From assembly GCA_963756875.1 (NCBI GenBank), contig CAVWPA010000003.1, positions 1,664,001-1,728,000 on the forward strand: a stretch of DNA of 64,000 bases. Direction: 5' to 3'. How positions within the stretch are numbered: position 1 is the stretch's first letter; each line of letters starts with the position of its first letter. The translations under genes were made by a program, and so were the position numbers. Origin of the DNA: an uncultured Verrucomicrobiae bacterium (GTDB taxonomy: Bacteria; Verrucomicrobiota; Verrucomicrobiia; Chthoniobacterales; UBA10450). The notes under the pieces are model-generated. The model made no database searches. It worked only from the letters and a program-made list of their open reading frames with translations, and was not told where the DNA came from. This document shows, in pieces, positions 47,664-61,500 of this stretch.

Positions 47664-48263
47664 CTACGCCTGTGTCTGTTTGACTGGCGTTCCGACGAGA
47701 TCGAGCCGGCCGGCATCGGCGGCGAGTGCTGCAATTACATTGGCGATCACCTCGTCCAGCGGCACACCTAGCTCCTCAGCGCCGCGCACGATGTCGTCGC
47801 GATTGACGGCCCGGGCAAACGCCTTGTCTTTCATTTTCTTTTTTACTGCCGCCACGTTCACTTCATGGATGCTTTTTGAAGGACGAACCCGTGCGACAGC
47901 GACGACAAATCCGCTCAGTTCGTCGACCGCGCAGAGAGTTCTTTCTAGCGGCGTCTCGCGCGATACATCGGCGTAATCCGCATGCGAAAGAATGGCGCGA
48001 CATACCTCTTCGCTCCAACCGTGTTCGCGAAGCCACGCTACGCCGACGAACGGATGACCTTCGCTCGGGCTGTGTTCCTGGTTTGGATGACGCTCGTAGT
48101 CCATATCGTGCAACAAGCCAACGGCTTCCCACAGGTCTGCATCCTGTCCGCGCAGTTGCGCAAAATGCTTCATCGAATCGGCAACGGCGTAACAATGTTT
48201 TCGCAGACTTTCGGATTGGACCCAGTCGTGTAGAATCGCGAGGGCGTCGGCGGCGAGAGACAT
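47664..48263 (-). CDS. HD/HDIG domain phosphohydrolase
   Basis: LRKHC, GLLHDMD, ILSH, DELSG, KDKAFARAVNR. Confidence 0.88.
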   Translation of the reverse strand: MSLAADALAILHDWVQSESLRKHCYAVADSMKHFAQLRGQDADLWEAVGLLHDMDYERHPNQEHSPSEGHPFVGVAWLREHGWSEEVCRAILSHADYADVSRETPLERTLCAVDELSGFVVAVARVRPSKSIHEVNVAAVKKKMKDKAFARAVNRDDIVRGAEELGVPLDEVIANVIAALAADAGRLDLVGTPVKQTQA

Positions 48264-48348
48264 ACAGGAAAAGATTACGTGTGATCGATGGAGAAAGAAG
48301 GACAAAACGTCCGGTGTACTGAACTCCGACCGGCGAAAACAATGAGAT

Positions 48349-48407
48349 TGTAGGGCAAGCGCTTCGCTTGCCGGCAGTAAGATTGGCAGGCGGAGCGCTT
48401 GCTCTAC
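48349..48407. repeat. GTAG REP doublet
   Basis: TGTAGGGCAAGCGCTTCGCTTGCC ... GGCAGGCGGAGCGCTTGCTCTACA. Confidence 0.85.
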
Positions 48408-48497
48408 AAACGGGGTCGGTGAGTTGGGGTAACGGGTAACCATGGTTAGATTGAAAAAGCGAATCCCTCGCCGACGAAGAAGAATGGAAACTGTTTT

Positions 48498-49313
48498 ATG
48501 AAGAACGATCGCGATTACGTCCTCGGCACGCACGATGAGGAATTGGTGAGGCTCGGCCTGCAACATCGGGTCTGGCGCCCGGCAGTTTTGGATTGCTGGC
48601 AGAAGGCGGGAATCACAACTGGCAGCAAGGTGCTCGACATCGGTGCAGGGCCGGGTTACGCGACCGTGGACCTCGCCGAAATTGTCGGGCCGAGCGGTCT
48701 GGTGGTCGCGCTCGAACGTTCGGCCAGATTCGTGCGTGCGATGGAAGAGGCGTGTCGCGCCCGTTCGCTTGCCAATGTTGCGATTAACGAGCTGGATTTG
48801 ATGACGGACGAGCTCCCCCGCGGAGAATTTGATTTTTCATGGTGCCGATGGGTGCTCTGCTTTATCTCCGATCCGGCGCTATTGATAAAAAAGATCGGCG
48901 CAGTTTTAAGGAAAGGTGGGTTGGCGATCTTTCATGAGTACGGGCATTACAGAACGTGGCGGTTCGCGCCGCGCCGGCCGAGCCTGGAAGAGTTCAGAGC
49001 GCATGTGATTGCAACCTGGCAGGAGTCGGGTGGAGAACCGGATACCGGGATGGAACTACCTGCATGGTTGACGCAGAGCGGCTTTGCCATTCGTTCGGCG
49101 ACGCCGCATATTTTTGCTCTTCGTCCCAACGACCCGATGTGGCAATGGCCGGCGGGATTCATTGAAGTCTACCTTACGCGGCTGAAGGAGCTTGGCCGAA
49201 TCGACGACGTCTTCGCCGACAAGGCCCGCGCGGAATTGCGTGAGGCCGAAACGAGTGAGAATTCGCTGGTGCTTACGCCACTGGTGCTGGAAATCGTTGC
49301 CGAAAAGCTATAG
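48498..49313 (+). CDS. Class I SAM-dependent methyltransferase
   Basis: VLDIGAGPG motif I. Confidence 0.88.
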   Translation: MKNDRDYVLGTHDEELVRLGLQHRVWRPAVLDCWQKAGITTGSKVLDIGAGPGYATVDLAEIVGPSGLVVALERSARFVRAMEEACRARSLANVAINELDLMTDELPRGEFDFSWCRWVLCFISDPALLIKKIGAVLRKGGLAIFHEYGHYRTWRFAPRRPSLEEFRAHVIATWQESGGEPDTGMELPAWLTQSGFAIRSATPHIFALRPNDPMWQWPAGFIEVYLTRLKELGRIDDVFADKARAELREAETSENSLVLTPLVLEIVAEKL

Positions 49314-49352
49314 CGGTTCAGCTCTCATCCGGTCACCCGGTTTCTGACGACA

Positions 49353-50417
49353 ATGGAGAAATTGAATCTGGGAATCATCGGCACTGGCTGGCCGGGCCAG
49401 ATGCATGCCGAAGCCATCCGCGCGATTCAGGAAGCGAATGTTTATGCCTGTGCGGATGTTGATGAGGCGCGTCGCCGCGCGTTCGAAGAGAGCTATGTGC
49501 CGGAGAAGGCTTATTGCAATTACGAGGAACTCTTAACGGACTCGCGGGTGGAGGCTGTGATCGTGTGTTTGCCAAATTTTCTGCATTTTCCAGCGACGCT
49601 CGCGGCGCTCGAAGCGGGAAAACACGTTCTCTGCGAGAAACCGCCTACATTGAACGCGGCGGAAATGAAGGTGCTGCGCGAAGAAGCAAAAAAAAGGGGC
49701 CTCATTTATTGTTTCAGCCGGCAGGGTCGCTTTACACCGGCGATGCGGATGGCGCGAAGTTTCATCACAGAGGGCCGGCTCGGTCGGATTTATCACGCCA
49801 CAGCGACGTTTGTACGGTCGCGCGGGATACCGGCAGGAATGGGTAATTGGTTCACGGAAAAACAGCGCTCTGGTGGCGGCGCGTTGATCGATATCGGGAT
49901 TCATGCGCTCGATTCGGTTTGGTATCTCCTGGGAACGCCGAGACCGGTATCCGTCAGCGCGCAAGTGTTTCAAAACTTCGCGCACCTTGCGGGTGTCCCG
50001 GTGTTCGACGTAGAGGACGCTGCGTACGCTTTCATCCGATTTGAAAACCACGTTGTCGTGCAATTGGAAACCGCGTGGGCTGGAAATCTGACCGATGAGA
50101 TTCCGCCTCGGCAGTATTTTGGGCGGGAGCTGGTCAATTCGACGGTATTTGGAACGAAAGCGACGATTCGCCTCAATCCGTTCGCCCTTTTTGAAGATCA
50201 AAACGGCGTGCTTGTCGATGTGCCTTTGGAGGTGAAAGCAGGCGGGCCGAATGGCTTCGAGTTGCAGTTGCGTAATTTTCTCGCCTCGGTCCAGGGAAAT
50301 GCCAGGCCGGTCAATGATGCCGATCAGGCTGTTGCGCTGATGGAAATGCTGGATGCGATTTATGCGTCGAGCGCGGCGGGCCGCGAAATACCGATTGTCG
50401 ACCTTAGCAAAAATTAG
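49353..50417 (+). CDS. Gfo/Idh/MocA oxidoreductase
   Basis: GIIGTG, GKHVLCEKP, GGGALIDIGIH. Confidence 0.92.
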   Translation: MEKLNLGIIGTGWPGQMHAEAIRAIQEANVYACADVDEARRRAFEESYVPEKAYCNYEELLTDSRVEAVIVCLPNFLHFPATLAALEAGKHVLCEKPPTLNAAEMKVLREEAKKRGLIYCFSRQGRFTPAMRMARSFITEGRLGRIYHATATFVRSRGIPAGMGNWFTEKQRSGGGALIDIGIHALDSVWYLLGTPRPVSVSAQVFQNFAHLAGVPVFDVEDAAYAFIRFENHVVVQLETAWAGNLTDEIPPRQYFGRELVNSTVFGTKATIRLNPFALFEDQNGVLVDVPLEVKAGGPNGFELQLRNFLASVQGNARPVNDADQAVALMEMLDAIYASSAAGREIPIVDLSKN

Positions 50418-50476
50418 GCTTTTTAATACATCTACCGCAAGCAATTGCGGCAAGCGTATTGGGCGCTTTGGAAACG

Positions 50477-53083
50477 CTAAGTCTTTTCGGGCGCGGTGTC
50501 CGCTGCCTGTGCTTCCTGTTCTTCCTCTGCCTGACTCACCACCGGCGCGATCGCTTGGAGTTTTTCAGCGCCGCGCAGATCCATCAGCTTAACACCCATC
50601 GTGTTGCGCCCGACGGCGCGAATCTCGCTGACCCGGGTGCGGACCATCTGACCTTTAGTCGTGATCAACATGATTTCGTCGTTCTCTTTCACCGTGAGAG
50701 CTCCGACCACGTCGCCAGTTTTCTCGCCGGTCTTCATTGTAATGATGCCTTTGCCTCCTCGCGACTGCCGCCGGTAATCGTCGAAGGGCGTGCGCTTGCC
50801 GATTCCGTTTTCGCCCGCAACCAGCAACATCGCGCTCGGGTCGACGATCGCGATGGCGACGACAAGGTCCTTTTTGCGGGGGCGAATTCCCCATACACCG
50901 ACGGTATTGCGTCCCTGGTCGCGTAACTGTTCCTCATGAAAGCGCAGGCTCATTCCTTCTTTGGTGATGAGGACAATCTCGTTGTTCCCGTTCGTCAGCT
51001 TGGCATCGATCAAACGGTCGCCTTCTTCAATCTGGATGGCGATGATCCCGCCGCGGCGCACGTTAGCGTAATCGGACAAGTTCGACTTTTTCACGATGCC
51101 CGACTGCGTGGCGAAGACGATGTGAAAATTTTCATCCCAGGTTTGATCGACGGCACTCGGGCCGGTCCCTGATTTCTTCGCTTGAATTCGGATCGTGGCC
51201 GCGATTTTTTCATCTGGGCGAAGCTGGAGAATATTGGCGATCGAACGTCCCTTGGCGGCGCGGCCCATCTCGGGAATCTCGTAAACCTTTTCGACGTAAG
51301 CGCGGCCCGATTGGGTGAAGAACATCAGGTAATCGTGCGTAGTGGCCGTAAAGAGATGCTCGACGAAATCGCCTTCTTCGGCTTCCGTCGCGCCTTCTCG
51401 CGTCGACATGCCGATCACGCCCTTGCCGCCCCGGCGTTGCGCGCGGAACGCGCTCACGGCGGTGCGTTTGATGAAGCCGCCATGCGTGATGCTGATGATG
51501 CAGCCTTCGTTGGCGATGAGATCCTCGATGTTGATCTCGTCCTCGGCTGGAGCGAGCTCGGTCAAACGGGGCGAACCGTGTTTATCGCGAATCTCGCGCA
51601 GCTCCTTCTTGATGATCGTGAAAACGCGCTGTTCTTTGGCGAGAATGTCGCGCAGATCCTTGATCGTGTTGATCAGTTCCTTGTATTCCTTGTCGATCTT
51701 TTCGCGCTCCAGCCCGGTCAACTGATACAGGCGCAAATCGAGGATCTGATTGGCTTGATGTTCGCTAAACGAGTAGCGGCCTTCGACCAGGCGCTCCGGA
51801 TTGCGAACGAGGATCCCAATTTGCTCGACCTGTTTTTTCGTAAACTCGAAGGCCAGCAGTTTCACACGCGCTTCCTCGCGATTTGCCGAACCGCGAATGA
51901 TGCGGATGAACTCGTCGAGATTGGCAAGCGCGATGAGATAACCTTCGAGCGTCTCGGCGCGTTCCTCGGCTTTGCGCAGTTCGAAACGCGTCCGGCGCAG
52001 CACCACTTCGCGCCGGTGCTCGATGTAGCAGGCATTCGCTTCCTTGAGCGAAAGCAGCTTCGGCCGGCCGTGATCGATCGCCAGCATGATGACCGCGAAA
52101 GAGCTCTCCATCGCGGTGTGTTTGTAGAGATTATTGATGACGATCTTCGGATTTGCGTCGCGCTTGAGCTCGATCAACGACACGCGTGTTCTCGTCCGAT
52201 TCATCGCGAATCGCGCTGATGTCGGTCAAGACCTTGTCGTTCACCAGGTCTGCGATGCGCTCCACCAGCGTGGCCCGGTTTACGTTGAAGGGAATTTCCG
52301 TGATGACGATTTGTTCCTTGCCGCCCTTGAGTTCTTCGATCCCGACTTTCCCGCGCACTTTCATGCTGCCGCGGCCGGTCTCGAGATACTGGCGGACGCC
52401 GCTGATGCCGCAGATCGGTGCAGCCGGTCGGAAAATCCGGACCTTTCACATGCTTCATCAGCTCATCCAGCGTGATATCCGGGTCGTCGATCTGCGCGCA
52501 GATTCCATCGATGACCTCCGCGAGATTGTGCGGCGGAATATTGGTCGCCATGCCGACGGCGATACCGGTGCCGCCGTTGACGAGAAGATTGGGGAACGCC
52601 GCCGGGAAAACGGTCGGCTCGGTGCGCGTTTCGTCGTAGTTCGGAACGAAATCGACCGTATCCTTTTCCATGTCGGTCATGAGCGCAGCGCCGAGATGGG
52701 TCATGCGCGCCTCGGTATAACGCATGGCCGCCGGCGGATCGCCCTCGACCGATCCGAAATTTCCCTGGCCATCGATCGAGCCGCTCGCGCATGGCCCATG
52801 GCTGGGCCATGTGGACCAGCGTCGGATAAATCACCGCTTCGCCGTGGGGATGATAGTTGCCGCTGGTGTCGCCGCAGATCTTCGCGCACTTGACGTGCTG
52901 CCGCCCTGGAAAGAGCGACAAGTCGTGCATCGCATAAAGAATTCTCCGCTGCGACGGCTTGAGCCCGTCCCGCGCATCGGGCAACGCGCGCGAAATGATG
53001 ACCGACATCGAGTAATCGAGAAACGATTTCGATACTTCGTCGGCGACATTTACCGGCTCTACCTTTTCGTTCGCGTTATACAT
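50477..53083 (-). CDS. gyrA: DNA gyrase subunit A (three apparent +1 frameshifts at about 52778, 52417 and 52176)
   Basis: [32 protein letters not shown], GyrA-box QRRGGKG; four ORF-track pieces join collinearly. Confidence 0.93.
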
Positions 53084-53090
53084 GGGAAAT

Positions 53091-53183
53091 AAATGACGAA
53101 TGAATGACTAGAGATAAATCACGCGCTCGCGGGATAAATCGGCCTTTGGTGCTGTTTCCTTCGTCATTGGAGCTTCGTCATTT
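53091..53183. repeat. Inverted repeat filling the gyrB-gyrA gap
   Basis: AAATGACGAA-TGAATGAC ... TTCGTCATT-GGAGC-TTCGTCATTT. Confidence 0.65.
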
Positions 53184-53184
53184 C

Positions 53185-55791
<2,607 letters not shown>

Positions 55792-55857
55792 TCAGAAAGG
55801 ATAGCGAGAAAAGGCCGGGAAACAACTAATAATCTCGTGTTTTCCAGGGCCCTGTTT

Positions 55858-55905
55858 CCACTACCGGTTGGAGATGGGTAGCCGCAAAAACCCACCATTT
55901 TGTGG
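55858..55905. promoter_or_regulatory. Possible tandem NrdR boxes upstream of gyrB
   Basis: CCACTACCGGTTGGAG (55858) and ACCCACCATTTTGTGG (55890), starts 32 bp apart. Confidence 0.4.
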
Positions 55906-55983
55906 TTTCGGATCCTGCCGGGAGCCGGTCAGTTTTTGACTCCTTGACCGCCCGATTTTAGACCCCGAAAATACGCCTACTCA

Positions 55984-56619
55984 ATGCGCACTCAAACTCT
56001 CTTCGAAGCCCGCTGGATTGTTGTCTTTCTTTGTATTTGCCTGATCGAAAGCTGGTTCATATCGGTCTGGCTAACACTATTCTTTGCGTTGCTGATCATT
56101 TGCACGCTTGCGTTCTTCCGCGATCCGGATCGCACGGTGCCGTCGGATGCCGATGCAATTGTTGCGGCGGCTGACGGAACGGTGACCGAAATCAGCGAAG
56201 TCGAAGAAAACGAAATCCTGAAAACAAAAACGCGTCGCGTCGGAATTTTCCTGTCCGTGTTCGATGTGCATACGAACCGTGCTCCGATCGACGGCCGGAT
56301 TATTTACCGGCAGCATCGGAAAGGGCTTTGTCTGGATGCACGCCGTCCCGAATCTTCGGAGAAGAACGAATCGATGACGTGGGCTTTTGAGAACAGCCAG
56401 GTCACGGTGGTGGTCCGCCAACTGACGGGTGCGGTTGCGCGGCGCATCGTTGCCTGGTCGCAGGTCGGCGATGAATTGAAGAAAGGCGATCGGTTTGGAA
56501 TGATTCGCTTTGGCTCCCGAACGGAAGTATATTTACCGCTTTCCGCCGCCGTGCTGGTGAAAGTGGGCGATCACGTAGCTGGCGGATCGACGATTATCGC
56601 GCGCCTCCCCGAGCTATGA
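55984..56619 (+). CDS. psd: Phosphatidylserine decarboxylase
   Basis: FFRDPDR, FLSVFDVH, KNE, RFGS self-cleavage motif. Confidence 0.93.
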   Translation: MRTQTLFEARWIVVFLCICLIESWFISVWLTLFFALLIICTLAFFRDPDRTVPSDADAIVAAADGTVTEISEVEENEILKTKTRRVGIFLSVFDVHTNRAPIDGRIIYRQHRKGLCLDARRPESSEKNESMTWAFENSQVTVVVRQLTGAVARRIVAWSQVGDELKKGDRFGMIRFGSRTEVYLPLSAAVLVKVGDHVAGGSTIIARLPEL

Positions 56620-57449
56620 ACGAACAACCATCCAAGATTTATCTGCTGCCAAATTTGATGACGGCGGGGAATCTGTTCTGCGGGTTTACCGCGACGCTGA
56701 AGATTCTCGAGGGCGCATTGTTGCAGAACACCAATGCCGAAGCTGCCTCCGATTTGTTTCACGCTGGGATTTGGTTCATTCTCGGCGCCTGCATATTCGA
56801 CCTGCTGGACGGGCGTCTGGCGCGTCTCGGCGGACACGAAAGCGCTTTTGGCCGCGAATTCGATTCGCTGGCAGATATCGTGTCATTCGGCGTCGCGCCG
56901 GCGTTGCTGGTCTATCGAATTGTGCTGCAGGAATTTCCGCGCGCCTGCTGGATCATTGCGTTCGTTTATCTGGCGTGCGGCGCAATGCGGCTGGCCCGTT
57001 TCAACTCCGTAGCCGCCAATCAGGCGACAAACGGCCAGGACAACATGAAGAATTTCACCGGGTTTCCGATTCCCGCGGCGGCGGGGCTTATCGCTTCAAT
57101 TACGCTCTTCATGCTTTGGCTCGCTCAAGGCGAGCATTTTCTCGGGAAATGGAAATTCGTTTTGCCTCCGCTGATGGTTTTTCTTTCGTTCATGATGTTT
57201 AGCCGCATCCAATATCCCAGCTTCAAAGCATTGAACTGGAAGACGAAGAAATCGATCCCGCGTTTCCTTGCCATCATCCTCATCGCGATCTTTACCTGGC
57301 TCTATTACGAATGGATGCCCGCCGTGCTTTTTCTGGCGTATCTGCTTTACGGATTTCTGCGGCCGTGGCTTTCGCGCGAGTGGCGTCGCGAAATCGAAGA
57401 GGAAATCGGCGAGGAAACGCCCGACGAGCCGGCAGAGCAAACGTCGTAG
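56616..57449 (+). CDS. pssA: CDP-diacylglycerol-serine O-phosphatidyltransferase
   Basis: LPNLMT, DLLDGRLAR...FGREFDSLAD, RLARFN; ATGA overlap with psd. Confidence 0.93.
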   Translation: MNEQPSKIYLLPNLMTAGNLFCGFTATLKILEGALLQNTNAEAASDLFHAGIWFILGACIFDLLDGRLARLGGHESAFGREFDSLADIVSFGVAPALLVYRIVLQEFPRACWIIAFVYLACGAMRLARFNSVAANQATNGQDNMKNFTGFPIPAAAGLIASITLFMLWLAQGEHFLGKWKFVLPPLMVFLSFMMFSRIQYPSFKALNWKTKKSIPRFLAIILIAIFTWLYYEWMPAVLFLAYLLYGFLRPWLSREWRREIEEEIGEETPDEPAEQTS

Positions 57450-57466
57450 ATTTTGGAATTGTCGCG

Positions 57467-57627
57467 TGTCATCCCGAACCGCGAAGACGGCGAGGGACCT
57501 TCCGCAAGAGCGAAGGTCACACGAGTTACGGTTGATCGGCGAACACGCTGGGTGCTGAATTGTTCTTTTCCCATTAGCGTGACGCAATCTCCGACTGGCG
57601 GGGTTCCTCGCTCCGCTCGGAATGACA
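57467..57627. repeat. TGTCAT-bounded inverted-repeat element (MITE/REP-like)
   Basis: TGTCATCCCGAACCGCGAAGACGGCGAGGGACC ... GGTTCCTCGCTCCGCTCGGAATGACA. Confidence 0.75.
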
Positions 57628-57651
57628 TCCGTTTGAATGGCGCGGACCCGC

Positions 57652-57721
57652 TGTAGCGGCGCCCTGTGAGCGTCGCAATCTTCATGCGCGATAAAGGCGA
57701 CGGTCGTAGACCGCCGCTACA
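57652..57721. repeat. GTAG REP doublet
   Basis: TGTAGCGGCGCCCTGTGAGCGTCG ... CGACGGTCGTAGACCGCCGCTACA. Confidence 0.85.
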
Positions 57722-57723
57722 GC

Positions 57724-58434
57724 TCACCGATTTAGCTTCGCAAGAATTTCCGGGTCGCGCACGTCGGCCCACGCGCCGCTTAATTCGAGAGCTTTCACTT
57801 TTTTTCCCGACCGGGCGAGATTGCGAATTGCGTCGGTCAACTCGTATTCGCCGCGTGGAGACGGTTTGAGTTTTGCGGTGAACTCAAAGATACCGGGCCG
57901 AAAGGCGTAAACTCCGGCGTTGTACCAGACACTGTTTGATTCACCGGGCTGTGGTTTTTCCCGGATATCGGTCACTTCCATTTGTTCGTTCACAAAAACT
58001 GCGCCGCCCTTGCTGAGGTCCTCGCCACGGATCACAGTGACGATCGCTTCGACACCTTCGGGAAGATCGCCAATGCGCCTATAGTTCGTGGGCTCGACCA
58101 GGATGTCGCCGTAGCTTAGCACGAATGGCGAGAGGCCGGCAAAATCGCGCGCGAGCTCGACTACGCGCCCCGTGCCGTCCTGCACGGTCTGCGTCATGTA
58201 TTGAATCCCGATTTTGTAACGAGAGCCATCTCCGAAGAAATTCTGAACAGCTTCGGCATGATAACCGACAATAATTAGAACATCACAGACGCCGGCGTCG
58301 CGCAGCCCTTCGACAATGTGTTGCAACACCGGCTTGCCGCGAACTTCGAGCATTGGCTTGGGCAGTTCTGCCGTCATCTCGCGCATCCGGGTCCCGCGGC
58401 CGGCTGCCAGCACGACTGCTTTGTCGATCTTCAT
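57724..58434 (-). CDS. Sugar-phosphate nucleotidyltransferase
   Basis: LAAGRGTRM...PKPM, EKP, RGEYELTD. Confidence 0.9.
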   Translation of the reverse strand: MKIDKAVVLAAGRGTRMREMTAELPKPMLEVRGKPVLQHIVEGLRDAGVCDVLIIVGYHAEAVQNFFGDGSRYKIGIQYMTQTVQDGTGRVVELARDFAGLSPFVLSYGDILVEPTNYRRIGDLPEGVEAIVTVIRGEDLSKGGAVFVNEQMEVTDIREKPQPGESNSVWYNAGVYAFRPGIFEFTAKLKPSPRGEYELTDAIRNLARSGKKVKALELSGAWADVRDPEILAKLNR

Positions 58435-58566
58435 TTTGGTTGCCTGGGGTGGATCGAGCTCTCTCAGCCCGATGTTACGATCAGGTGGCGAAGCCGCAAT
58501 TAACTTAACGTTACGCGCTCATGGGCAACTCTCGTGCTTCCTCATACGCGAATTGCCAATCGTAAA

Positions 58567-61500
58567 TCAAGGTTGACCGATTTTCTCGGTAACGAACAGC
58601 GCCGGCAGATTCGCATCTTTGATCAAGCCGTTCACTTTGGGAACTTCGCTCGATTTCAGTTCCGCCCATTTTTTCAATTGTTCGCCCAGTTTGCCGTTGA
58701 GCATTTGAAAAACGTTCAGCTGCGACTGGGTCGGGGCCGTGTCCCCAGCCTCGATGATATGGCTGAAAGCGTCGAAGCGTTCGTTGAGCATGCTGGGGAA
58801 GGCGAGGTTCGCTTCCGATCCTTTCATGTCGACCTGAATGAGCTGTTCCTCGACCTGCGACATTTTGTGATCGAGATCGTCGGCGGCCGCGAGCGCAGGT
58901 TTCAAATTCTCCTCGTACCCGAAGCGGGTGTGAAGATCTTTGATTTCCTTTTCCATCTGGCGGATCTCGTTAATGGCTCCGTGAAGTCGCGAGATGTCGT
59001 CGTTGACCTTCATCGCGAGCGCAAATTGCTGTTGCACAGCCTGCTCGGAACCTTTCGTGCGCGGGTCGGTAACGAGATGCAGCGGTACGGTCTGCGATTT
59101 GCCGCCGGCTGTTAGTTTCACCTGATAATCCCCTGGCACGGCCAGTGGCCCTCTCGGTCCGGTTCCGGCATAAAATGCGCCGGGCACCTGCACGGGATCG
59201 TCGTAACGCAGGTCCCATGCGAACCGGTCCATTCCCGCGTTGGCCGGTATGGTTTTGGCCCGCTCGAGGAAGTCCGGCCATTCAGGAGGCTGCTCGTTCT
59301 TGTTTTTCTCCTGGCTGGAAAAATGCCTGACAATTTTTCCCTGGGAATCGAGAATATCGAGCGTCACTTCGCCCTTGGGCGCGGTCTTGAAGTAGTAATC
59401 GATGATTGCTCCGGCAGGCGGGTTCTCTCCGACTGGCAATCGCGTATCGACTTCGTCCGGGTAATGCAAACGGAGCGCGGTCTGCGGTTGATAGAGCAGC
59501 GTGTCCGCTTGCGCCGATTGGGCGCTGACCTGTCGCAGCGGCGTGAGATCGTCGAGCACCCAGAAAGAACGACCATGTGTCGCTACCACCAGATCGTCGT
59601 CTTTGACCACGAGATCACGAATCGGCGACTGCGGGAGATTCAACTGCAGAGGTTCCCAATGCGCGCCGTCATCGAATGAAACGAACACGCCGCGTTCTGT
59701 TCCCGCGTAAAGCAGTCCACGCTTTTTGGGATCTTCGCGCACGGCACGCACATAAGCGCCCTCGGGGATTCCATTCACGATTGAAGTCCACGTTTTTCCA
59801 AGGTTTGTCGTTTTGAATATGTATGGCTTGAAATCATCGAGTTTATGCCGGTCGACCGCGACGTAAGCGGTATTGGCGTCGAGCGGTGACGCTTCGATCA
59901 GGCTAACCGTGCTCCACTCCGGCATTTTCGGTGTGACGTTAGACCAATTTTTACCGTCGTCGGTCGTTACCTGGACGAGACCATCGTCGGTGCCGGCCCA
60001 GATCGTCCCCTGTTTCAGGGAAGATTCAGCCAGCGCAAAAATCGTGTCGTAATATTCGACAGATGTAATGTCTTTCGTAAGCGGTCCGCCGCTCGGTTTT
60101 TGTTTGTTCTTGTCGTTACGAGTGAGATCGCCGCTTATCTGTGTCCAACTGTGGCCGTGATCGGCGGACTTAAAGACACATTCCGCCGCTGTGTAAAGAA
60201 CGTCGGGATTGTGCGGCGAAAGCATCAACGGCGACACCCATTGGAACCGGTGGACCAGATCCGACGCGGGGTGTCCGGAATTGTCGAGCGGGACGGGACT
60301 GATGTCCTGTGCCTCGCCTTTCTTTTTGTCGTAGCGGACGGCGTAGCCTTCACTGTTCGAATAAATGATCTGCCAGTCGCGTGGATCGGGAACCACAAAA
60401 CCGCATTCGCCATCACCGGCCACGAACCAGTCCTCGCGACCGATCACTCCGGAATCGCTGCGGCTGGCAATTCCAATGTTTGAGTTGTCCTGTTGCGCGC
60501 CATAAATGTGATACGGAAACGCGTTGTCGACCGCGACATGATAAAATTGCGCGGTCGGCTGATTGTTCTCCCGTGTCCATGTCTTGCCGCCGTCCGTCGA
60601 GATGCTCGCGCCGCCATCGCTCACGTTTCCGATCCGGTCCGGATTGTTCGGGTCGATCCAAAGCCCGTGATGGTCACCATGTCGCGCGGGCAACAGCGTG
60701 AAATCTTTTCCGCCGTCCACCGATCGAAATAATCCCGTGTTCAGTAGATAGACCGCGTCCACGGATTTTGGATCCGCGTACACCTTGCTGAAGTACCAGG
60801 CGCGCTGGCGAAAGCGTCCGTCACTATTAATGCGTTTCCAATGCTCGCCACCATCCTCGGAACGGTAGAGACCGCCGTCCTTCGCTTCGATGATCGCATA
60901 GACGCGGTTGGAATCGGCCCCGGAGACGGCCACGCCGATCCGGCCCAACTCTCCGCCTGGCAGTCCGTTGCCCTCGAGATGTTTCCAGGTGACGCCGTTG
61001 TCTTCCGACCGATACAAGCCGCTTCCCGGTCCGCCGCTGGAAAAAAACCAAGGTTGGCGGCGCATCTGCCAGAGCGCGGCGAAGACAATGTTCGGATTAT
61101 GCGGATCGAACACGACGTCGATGCCGCCGGTGTTTTCGTCTTTGCTTAAGACGTTGGTCCAGGTCTTTCCGCCGTCCATTGTGCGAAAAATCCCCCGTTC
61201 CTTGTTAGGCCCGAAAGCGTGGCCCAGCGCCGCCACGAGCGCCACGTTGGCATTTCTTGGATCGACGATCAGGGCGCCAATGTGGTGGCTGTCTTTCAGT
61301 CCAACATTTTCCCAGGTCTTCCCGCCATCGACCGATTTAAAGACGCCCGTGCCGTACGTGATGTTGCCGCGGGGAGCCGCTTCGCCTGTTCCGACGTAGA
61401 TGACATTATGGTCGGAGGGCGCTACCGCGATGGCGCCGATGGATGAGATTGGTTCTTTGTCAAAGAGAGGCTTCCAATTCGCGCCGCCGTCCACCGTTTT

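Noticed and set aside
50477..53083. gyrA as a true pseudogene, split gene or programmed frameshift
   Set aside because: Essential gene with intact motifs; no slippery runs at the breaks; three +1 events beside GATC fit sequencing error better.
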